DNA of 64,000 nt, taken from NCBI GenBank assembly GCA_951406725.2, contig OX597815.1:210738001-210802000 (forward strand), written 5' to 3'. The DNA is from Octopus vulgaris (Eukaryota). The notes under the pieces are model-generated. The model saw only the letters and a list, made by a program, of their open reading frames with translations, did no database searches and was not told the DNA's origin. Shown one piece after another: positions 54,641 through 64,000 of this stretch; the first letter of the stretch is position 1; each line of letters starts with the position of its first letter. Made by a program: the position numbers and the translations under genes.

Positions 54641-54833
54641 TATTTGTGTGTGAGTATGTGTGCATGTGTGTGTATGTGTGCGTATCTCTGCGTGTAGGTT
54701 TATAATTATATATATAGGTATATAAATACATATATATGCACACGCAGACACATACGTACGCACACACACATAAACACACACACACACAAACACACATACA
54801 TATATGCATCAAAATAGCTTGATTCAAATTTGT

Positions 54834-54875
54834 TGGTACACTGAGACTTTCAAGCGTGATGCTAATCTTCAGCCA
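54834..54875 (-). ncRNA. Hammerhead motif, left arm of hairpin 54804-54961
   Basis: TGG-CTGAAGA-tt-AGC-atcac-GCT-t-GAAA-gtctcagtg-TA-CCA; the mirror copy at 54890-54931(+) retains stem III CTC-tca-GAG. Confidence 0.72.
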
Positions 54876-55815
54876 TTTCAAATTAAAAATGAGGGAAGAT
54901 AAGCATCACTCTTGAAACTCTCAGAGTACCAACAAATTTGAATCAAACTGTTTTGATCCATACATGTAACTCCCAATAAATGAGCTGAGCGCCCTTCTTT
55001 CGTTTGTCCACTCACTCGTGTGTGTGTGTAAAGGTAAAATCGACGACAAATTTTACTGTTTGTATTAATATAAGCACATAATTTCTATAATTGAAAATAA
55101 GAGAGGCATCTTTTCTTCCGCATATACAATTCCAAGTCTTGACAGTTAAGTTTTTCAAAATGAGTCGGTACAAAATAATGCAGTACAAATGCATATTCTG
55201 TGACTCCAACCTAATATTATACTTTACCTATTTTCCGCTAAGTTTTTTGCGTTTTCTACCGATACAGCACTAGAACATTTTAGGTGTATCCAGATTTAAA
55301 TATAACTTACTTGTTACATCTATCTACCTATATTACATACATTTATTTACGTTCGTGTGTTCTGAAGCTTTGAATCATAGTAATTTGTATTTTCTGCACT
55401 TCCTTCAAGGATTACAAAAAAATATCATGTGCTAACGCAAGAAATTGCGCGAAAATGATTGCAAAGATGATGATTAAAGTGTGATAAAGTATATACATAC
55501 TTGTTAGATTATGTATTAATGCATATATGACTTCGCAGACACACTCACACACACACACACACGCACGCACACACAAACATTTGCTGGGCCAGATATTTTG
55601 CAGCAATAATAAACTCATTTGATATAAATTGCCCTTTTCAGAAATAAAACACTTAAGTATGGGCGATAATGCTGAATATACACATTCTTGTTCATGATGA
55701 GTAAAATTAATAATAATCCTTTCTACTAAAGACATAGCGCCTCACATTTTTGGGGGAAGGGAGAAACTCGATTACATTTCCTCCGGCATGCTGACGATTA
55801 TGCCAACTTGCCGCC

Positions 55816-55817
<2 letters not shown>

Positions 55818-55904
<87 letters not shown>
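55818..55904. repeat. (AAT)n microsatellite, target of the Dong-like element
   Basis: Direct reading. Confidence 0.95.
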
Positions 55905-55906
<2 letters not shown>

Positions 55907-56246
55907 AAGATAATAGGTATTAACACTTTAGCTGTCCCAGTTATAAGTTACAGCTACAATATCCTTAACTGGACACTAAATGAACTGACCAAAATAGATA
56001 GGAAAACAAGAAAAATAATGACAGGATCTAGGATGCATCACCCAAGATCTGACATAGAAAGACTATATATACAACGTATACAAGGTGGTAGAGGCCTTAT
56101 ACAGCTGGAAAACTACTATAAAATAACCACCATAGGACTGCAAAAATATCTACTTCAGAAGGAAGGAAAACTGATAGAAATAGCGGCAAAACACGAGCAA
56201 AACAAAAAACTGTTCCCAGTATTTAAGGAAGCTGACAAATACAAAC

Positions 56247-58139
56247 TGCAGCTTTTGAGGTGTACAAAACTCAACGAGACCGAGCCGTGAAAATTGAAAA
56301 GAAAGAACGCTTCAGTTATGAATACAAAATCGCGGCAAATGCCAGTAGCAATCCAAAAACCTTCTTTGCCCATGTCCAGCGGAATTCCCGCTTGAACAAC
56401 CAGATTGTAACATTGGTAGACTCAACAGGCGTATCGATTGAGGACCCTTATCAACAGAGTCAATTATTTGCCGAGGCTTTTTCAACTATTTTCAAACAAG
56501 ATGATGGTCGTGAACCCCCTCCATTTGATAGATCGGTACCTCCAATGCTTCGATTGATCATCACGCGGGACCAAGTCAAACGTGTTATTCAAGGCCTCGA
56601 TGTCAACAAGGGTCACGGCCCTGACGGCATACACCCACGGGTTATCAAAGCGTTGGCTCCGGTCATCTGCGAGCCCTTAACACGACTATTCAATATGTCA
56701 TTGGCGACGGGTGTTATACCTGCAGACTGGAGAACAGCGATAATCTGTCCAATTTTCAAGAAAGGGAGCCGCGAAGACCCGCTTAACTACCGACCGGTTT
56801 CCCTTACATCAATAATCAGCAAGATGTTCGAAACCATCCTTAAGAAAAGTATGATGCTCCACCTCCTAAGCACAGCCTCGATCACTGATTCCCAACACGG
56901 CTTCGTGCCGAAGAGATCATGCTTGACCAACTTACTAGTAATGGAAGAATTGGTGACGCGCATCCTCGATGATAGTGATGCTGTTGACATCGTTTTATTG
57001 GACTTTGCCAAAGCTTTTGACTCGGTAAACCACCGCCTACTACTTGTCAAGCTTCAAGCATATAGTTTCCATCCGGATATTGTACGATGGGTTGGTGCCT
57101 TCCTCTCAGATCGCTCCTTCCAAGTTCAAGTTAATGGTTCGCGGTCCGACGTCTCCAGTGCGAGCAGTGGCGTGCCTCAAGGTTCAGTGCTTGGGCCCTT
57201 GTTGTTCTTAGTCTTCATAAATGACTTGCCCGACGACCTCACGCAACACACCCTTCTATATGCCGACGATATCAAACTGGTCGCTCCTCGCGGTAGTATA
57301 GAGGATCTTCGTCGATGCCTCCACCAAATTTGGAAGTGGTCTAACGATTGGGACCTGTGTCTGAACGTGTCAAAGTGCTGTCATCTGCCTGTCGGCTCTA
57401 CTCCTACAACTCAACTTGATTTCGAGCCGAGTCGTCTGCTGCTGGAGAGGACCGATCAGGTAAAGGACCTGGGTATCTTGGTGGATTCCTCCTTTTCGCC
57501 TTCGGCCCAGTGCGTCCATGCTGCCAACAAAGCGCGCGGAATTCTGTTTTTGATTCGACGGTCATTCGGAGTGCTCACAGCAGCCATATTCCTGCCACTC
57601 TATGTCACGCTGGTGAGACCCATATTGGAGTATGGGATTCAAGCCTCTTCTCCTTATCTCCTCAAAGACATACAGCACCTCGAAAGAGTCCAGAGGCTGG
57701 CTACCCGCCTGGTTCATGGTCTCAAAAATTTGTCCTACGAAGAAAGGCTGAGGACGCTCGACCTTTATTCTCTTGAAAAACGCCGCCGCCGTGGTGATCT
57801 CATTCTCGCCCACAACATCATAAGCGGAAAGTGTAACCTCTCGAAAGAGCTGTTCTTCACTCCTGCTCCGGAGCGTCGGCTGCGGGGTCATTCCGAAAAG
57901 CTCTACCTGCGACGATTTCATCTCAATCGAAGGAGAGGAGCTTTCTCCGTCCGGGTTGTGGATCCGTGGAACAAGCTGCCAGATGAGATGGTGAAGATGC
58001 CGACGACCGCTTTGTTCAAAGCCTCCCTGGACCTCAAGTGGCCTGAACTCTTTACATGAACACCACCCTGTATTTAACTCCATGTCCCCCTACATGGCCT
58101 TGCTATTTGCTTTTGAGCCAAATTAACTAACTAACTAAC
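56247..58139 (+). mobile_element. 5'-truncated CR1/L2-type LINE, young insertion
   Basis: (CTAA)n tail; ACAAAC present at both junctions; the host frame ADKYK|QEI rejoins on removal. Confidence 0.95.
56260..58059 (+). CDS. LINE ORF2 reverse transcriptase, uninterrupted 599 aa but lacking the N-terminal endonuclease
   Basis: All RT motifs including YADD; no stops. Confidence 0.85.
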   Translation: MYKTQRDRAVKIEKKERFSYEYKIAANASSNPKTFFAHVQRNSRLNNQIVTLVDSTGVSIEDPYQQSQLFAEAFSTIFKQDDGREPPPFDRSVPPMLRLIITRDQVKRVIQGLDVNKGHGPDGIHPRVIKALAPVICEPLTRLFNMSLATGVIPADWRTAIICPIFKKGSREDPLNYRPVSLTSIISKMFETILKKSMMLHLLSTASITDSQHGFVPKRSCLTNLLVMEELVTRILDDSDAVDIVLLDFAKAFDSVNHRLLLVKLQAYSFHPDIVRWVGAFLSDRSFQVQVNGSRSDVSSASSGVPQGSVLGPLLFLVFINDLPDDLTQHTLLYADDIKLVAPRGSIEDLRRCLHQIWKWSNDWDLCLNVSKCCHLPVGSTPTTQLDFEPSRLLLERTDQVKDLGILVDSSFSPSAQCVHAANKARGILFLIRRSFGVLTAAIFLPLYVTLVRPILEYGIQASSPYLLKDIQHLERVQRLATRLVHGLKNLSYEERLRTLDLYSLEKRRRRGDLILAHNIISGKCNLSKELFFTPAPERRLRGHSEKLYLRRFHLNRRRGAFSVRVVDPWNKLPDEMVKMPTTALFKASLDLKWPELFT

Positions 58140-58169
58140 AAACAAGAAATCATACCACCTAATGAATAT

Positions 58170-58266
58170 GAAGAAGAAGAAGAAGAAGAAGAAGAAGAAG
58201 AAGAAGAAGAAGAAGAAGAAGAAGAAGAAGAAGAAGAAGAAGAAGAAGAAGAAGAAGAAGAAGAAA
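58170..58266. repeat. (GAA)n expansion inside the Dong-like ORF
   Basis: In-frame poly-Glu run. Confidence 0.95.
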
Positions 58267-59194
58267 CAACAAAAGCTATAAAGCAAATGAAATCCAAACT
58301 AAAAATAGAACAGCAACGAACCATGATAAACGATGGCAAGAAAAGTCCCTTCATAGTAAATACTGGACTAAACTAAACGCAAAAGAAATAGACAAAGAAA
58401 AATCCCAGCAATGGTTGAGAAGCTCAGGACTCAAAGCAGAGACTGAGGGATTTTTAATTGCAGCACAAGACCAAAGCCTCCCCACCAGAAATTACCAAAA
58501 ACATGTAATGAAAAGAAATATAACAAGTAACTGCAGAATATGTGGAGATGGACGAGAAACAATAAATCATATTATCTCTAGCTGCCCAGTCCTGGCTAAG
58601 AAGGAACATATTCACAGACATGACGGAGTTGGAACCTACATACACTGGAAGCTATGCCAACATTATGGAATAACAACAGAAAAAATATGGTATAGGCACA
58701 CACCAGAAAAGGTCACAGAAAACGAGAAAGCAACCATACTCTGGGATATGCCGATACACACAGATAAAGAAATTAAGGCCAACAGACCAGATAGAGTTGT
58801 CAGAGATCATGAAGAAAAAAATGCTTTCTAATTGATGTATCAATACCGGCAGATGACAACGTGTCTCTAAAAGAAATGGAGAAACTCTCAAAATACAAAG
58901 ACCTGGAAATAGAGGTAACTAGAATGTGGAATCTGAAAACAGAAACAATTCCTATCATAGTAGGTGCATTAGGCATGATAAAAAAATATTCAGACAAATA
59001 CATAACAAAAACACCAGGACTTACAAACACATATAACATACAGAAAATTGCACTACTAGGCACTGCACACATCCTACGCAGAACACTTTCCATACAATGA
59101 CCATCAGAGCGTCACAACAAATCACAGCACATACCCAAGGCACACAAAGCTGCGCTCGGTAGTGAAGTGAAAGCACGCTATAAAAATAAAACTA

Positions 59195-59320
<126 letters not shown>

Positions 59321-60140
59321 GCCTTGATGCAGTACCAGACAGTGGCTTCATGGATTCTGTTCTTAACTGATTGGAAGTGTTATTATTTACATTGTTTGGT
59401 CTTGAGCTGGATAACGGCGACGAGCTGGGTAACGGCGGCGAGCTGGCAGAAACGTTAGCACGCCGGGCGAAATGCTTAGCAGTATTTCGTCTGCCGTTAC
59501 GTTCAGGGTTCGAATTCCGCCGAGGTCGACTTTGCCTTTCATCCTTTCGGGGTCGATTAAATAAGTACCAGCTACGCACTGGAGTCGATATAATCGACTT
59601 AATCCGTTTGTCTGTCCTTGTTTGTCCCCTCTGTGTTTAGCCCCTTGCGGGTAGTGAAGAAATGGGTATAAAATATAGACTACAGCAAATATTCTGCTCA
59701 ATACCACTTATTTGCTTGTCAGTTGTTTGACTTTAACCAGTTGAGCATGTGACTTAGTGGCTGGTGACATGTACATCTCTGATCACAGGCAGTAGTGGGG
59801 GAGCATCATAGCCATGTGTTGAGAGGAATTGTTTGGGGTTTGGATAATTCACCCCTGGAAACATGGGTATTTGGTTCAACCTCCTTAAACAACCTTTATT
59901 CAGGGACCTTTTGAGCGGGATGGGCTACTCGACCTGAAGAAAATGTTAACTTGTCCCCACATGCAAGGTCATGCGGTGTTTATCTTGAAAGCTGTTTATC
60001 TCGATCACCATGTTGCGCACATATGCTTGTGATGCATGTGCCTGGTGTACCTTATCAGACGGGTTGTCATGAGGAGTATACTGGGCTTCGTATATTTTAC
60101 TCCGAGGTCACTTTGATAGCATGCACTGCTCTCTCACACA
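59321..60140 (+). mobile_element. Probable 3' UTR fragment of a second (AAT)n-targeting retroelement, containing a family B SINE at about 59415-59665
   Basis: Bounded by AAT/GAT repeats on both sides; SINE B consensus inside. Confidence 0.5.
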
Positions 60141-60157
60141 ATAATAATAATAATAAC

Positions 60158-61165
60158 TAGCTGTACCCGTGCAAAATTCACGGAAAACATTAAAAAATGT
60201 CAGCATCTGTAAACTGTGTGCTGGTGCCATGAGAAATGTTTCTATGTTGTGAGAATTAAAGGCGGCGAGCTGGCAGAATCGTTAGCACTCCGGGCGAAAG
60301 GCTTAGCGGTATTTCGTCTGCTTTACGTTGTGAGTTCAAATTCCGCTGAGGTCGACTTTGCCTTTCATCCTTTCAGGGTCGATAAATTAAGTACCAGTTA
60401 CGCACTGGGGTCGTTGTAATTTCATTTTATTATATTCCGTCTTTTGTAAATTATATTCCGTCTTTTTATTTGAGCTCTATCTGTCATAAGATAATTCTGT
60501 GTTTCATCCTCTACCATATTTTTCCTTCTTTCTTGGACTCTGTTTCTCAGATCTTGAAGGTAATTTTGCCTTTTATCTTCGTCCATATGTTCCCTTCTTT
60601 TTTGAACTCTGTTTCTCATATTTTCTAACTACAGCTGACTCGTGTGTTTCCTAAGTACAGCTGACTCGTGTGTTTCCTAAGTACAGCTGACTCGTGTGTT
60701 CTCGATTCCGTTGGCCTCTATCTTTCTTATTTTGAAAATACACTTCTCTTTGGTCCGGGCTCATTTATTCAATCTTTTGCTGATTTCTTTCCTTCATATG
60801 CCGTAGGATACGCTCCCTCTCCTCTTGGCGTATTTATTTTCTTCTCTGCCTCGTTCTATATCACTACCTTCAGCTAACTTATTTAACCAAGTAATAAATA
60901 TTATCTTTCCCCCTATTTCATGTTCTCTATCTCCGTCTTTTCTCTCGCCGTCTTCTTTCTCTTTCTTTCTGCCTCACTCTTCACCTTATCCTCTTTTTCT
61001 CTCCCCCTCTTTCTCTAAACACATGAAAGCGTTCCCGACGGGCTAAGTAATGTAATGACAAACAGATTTTGATTCCTAATTTCCTCCCGTTGTTCCTTGC
61101 GCAACTGTTCTCTCCTTCTACACTGACGCTCTCGTGCTGCGTTCCTCATGCAATTATCCATATGT
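60158..61165 (-). mobile_element. Helitron-like element with charged-repeat ORF remnants; family B SINE inserted at 60261-60420
   Basis: Minus-strand 3' end CCGTG-aattttg-CACGG-gtacag-CTAG|T; repeats MRNRVQKRRE..LRNRVQERRK and MRNAARERQCRRRE resemble Helitron N-termini. Confidence 0.65.
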
Positions 61166-61501
61166 TTTTAGAACTTGTTATTAAAACAATAAATCTCCAA
61201 AATGATTCAGAGTGTTTCAATTGAAAAACATATACAAATGTTTTAGACACTTTTTGTTTAAAAGGTGAAAATATTTCTGAAATACCTAATATGAAATGAC
61301 ACAGTATATAGGATACTGTAATTTATTACATTGTAAGAAAGGAAAGGGTGAAAATAGAACTATTTTTTGAAGTGCATTCGTCAATAGCTTGATAAAATGA
61401 AAAAAAATTGGAAAAATGCTGACCAAAACAGAGAAATTCTAACTTAACAAAAAATATAGAAAGAGAAAGTTCCATCTATTTCCACCACGTGATACTTATT
61501 A

Positions 61502-61538
<37 letters not shown>

Positions 61539-61975
61539 AGGATAACATATATTCATATGTCCATATATATATATATGTGTGTGTGTGTCTTTTAGTTTTT
61601 GTTTACTTATACACAACACCAAATGAGCCAATTGAACAACTTTGTGTGGTTGTTCAATTTGCTAGAAATAACAGCCAAATCTCTCTCATACCATGCTTTT
61701 GTTAGTATTAATGAAAGGGAAAAGCAGAATTAATATTTTTTTATTTTGTTCGGCTATATGAATTTAATTTCTTTTTACATGCTTTCATCCATCACTTGAT
61801 ACAAGAAAAAAGAAATTGAAAAAATCTTAACCAAAACAGAGAAATTGTAACTGAAGAAAAAATATAGAAATAGAAAGAAATGGTTGTATTCGAAGGCCAA
61901 AAGACGATTTTAGTTGAGGTGTAATTTTATAATTAAAACAAATTCAAAATTTAAATTTCGGAACATAAGACTTAC

Positions 61976-62017
61976 CATGTTATCTGGTGTATGGCTGGAT
62001 TCAAATGGGTGGAAATC
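61976..62017 (-). other. Candidate 42-nt exon (DFHPFESSHTPDNM)
   Basis: Acceptor TTTGTTTTAG and donor ATG|GTAAGT; no partner exons identified. Confidence 0.3.
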
Positions 62018-62452
62018 CTAAAACAAATGTGTGTGTAGTTGGGGCTTTAACAGACATGGGTCAATTGCAGATCAGTCGTGAAAAGGAATTCAAATACCCA
62101 TCAGCCACTCCGAAAAGACAGTTTCATGCCGTCATATCTCTTCCTCCCTCTCTCTCTCTCTCTCTCCCTCACACTTCCTCTCTCCCTTGCAAATTTAAGT
62201 ATCTTAATTTTGTCTTTCTGTTCCTTGCTGCATTGTTGGACACATAGGCATGGATGTTGAGTAGTAGTAATACAACACATAGGTGGTGGTTTCAAATTTC
62301 TTCCAGAAATTAAAAGAGATCTAGTTAAAACGTTTTATTTAATCAACAAAATTTCTTTCAATAATTTTTCTTTGTCTTCAGCGTGATACACGCGTCAGGC
62401 ACGTGCGAAAAACAAATTGGCGTATTAATATTGATAATAATAAGAATGAGGA

Positions 62453-62700
<248 letters not shown>

Positions 62701-64000
62701 GCTATATATATAAATGCCAAATGTTTTGGTGAGTTACATTTGGCCTACGCTGTATACATACACGCATACATACACATAGCCATATCGTCAATGTGATTCG
62801 ATTACTTCACTTATTGTTGTAACAATTTTTATATCAATACTTGATGCTACCCGTAGCTACAATTTTATGCATTTTAAAACAATTTCGAAACGTTTCATTA
62901 AAATGTGAGCTGTTAATGAACACTTACGACTGTGCAATGTCTTAATAATAAATAGATTGGAAGCAATGAAATTAATATTCAAGTGACTCGTAAGCTTTGT
63001 CAGTGAAATATTTCTCTAGTAAGAACCACGTAACAGGGAAGTCCGATACCGTTGCTTTGAAAAGCTCAATGTGATCATCACATTTATAGACTAATTGCCG
63101 AGAATTCTTTCAACTAAGCGAATAGATTAGTGACCTCTTATTTTGCAGCTATGACTGGCACGTATAGAAGCAATAAACATAACACTACAGCTTAAACGAA
63201 CAATATAGGCGACTCCAATTTTCTCTGCAAAATCTATAATAAATTCAATTATTTTATTGCATTATCTTTACTCGTTAACGTTGATACGTATTATATACAA
63301 GAGTGTAATATAGTATTTACTATTATAATATCCGTATCAATAACTTTAGTTTGTTTATTGACAAAATTACATCGATACATTTCCAAAGAAATAGAAAAAT
63401 GGTCTAAATTATATCCTCCTCAGATATTTAAAAACATTTTTAAGGTTTATCTTGAAATGTTATGTCTTACTTAAATAAAAAAAAAGGTTGCAATAGCACC
63501 AACAATCATAAACTAAGTGACCCCTTATTGAAAATTTATAGAATTATTTTTGAAGTTATTAGCAAATTAATTGTTATAATTATATAGTTTCAGAGATCTT
63601 TTCACATCCAGGAATAATATGCATTGGTTAAATGCGTGCGAATCAAGTACGTTCTAACACGATAATTTGAGTTCACCATTTCTCACAAAGTTCCGGACTT
63701 TGGGCAAAAGAAAGTACAGGATAATTAGTACATTATGATTCTATTCAACATATTCCGTTCTCAGATTCAAACACTTATTGCAGCAGTCCTTCAGTTTTCT
63801 AAGCCATGTAAGAGAACTGGGAAGGTTGGGCGTCCAACCAGGCCTTTAGCGATACCTATCAAGCGAGAAACTTTTCAGCTTCAGGTAACATATCTGTAAG
63901 AGGTGCCGTGCCCTGTGAGGTTTTTCCCATTTTCCATTGTATTTGAACATTAGTTAATATAAGTAGTTATAATCGAAAAGTGAAATCTAGATTTTGACTG

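Noticed and set aside
60628-60700. Three tandem 26-bp repeats as a CRISPR-like array
   Set aside because: No spacers; a simple tandem duplication inside a Helitron-like element in eukaryotic DNA
63780-63890. Plus-strand exon-like segment ending CAG|GTAAC
   Set aside because: The peptide VLQFSKP.KRTGKVGRP resembles an RTE C-terminal motif, so it is likely a LINE relic

Overview
AT-rich eukaryotic DNA dominated by repeats. The SINE families present point to an octopus (coleoid cephalopod) genome, which is an inference. I found no convincing host protein-coding gene; most listed ORFs are microsatellite or SINE artefacts. Contents: three near-identical CR1/L2-type LINE copies, one with an uninterrupted 599-aa RT frame nested in an (AAT)n-targeting R4/Dong-type element. 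Also present are RTE and R4 remnants, a full-length but disrupted mariner inside a probable Helitron, a rosa/DD41D-like remnant, about 17 tRNA-derived SINE copies, a full-length variant U6 snRNA copy and many microsatellites. The most notable hidden layer is about a dozen minimal type I hammerhead ribozyme (HHR) motifs. They sit in short, mutually dissimilar non-coding elements wedged into (TA)n tracts, resembling Penelope-like element pseudo-LTRs. Several form inverted pairs, and some show compensatory U3-A8 (and possibly G3-C8) core variants. All folds and alignments were done by eye.
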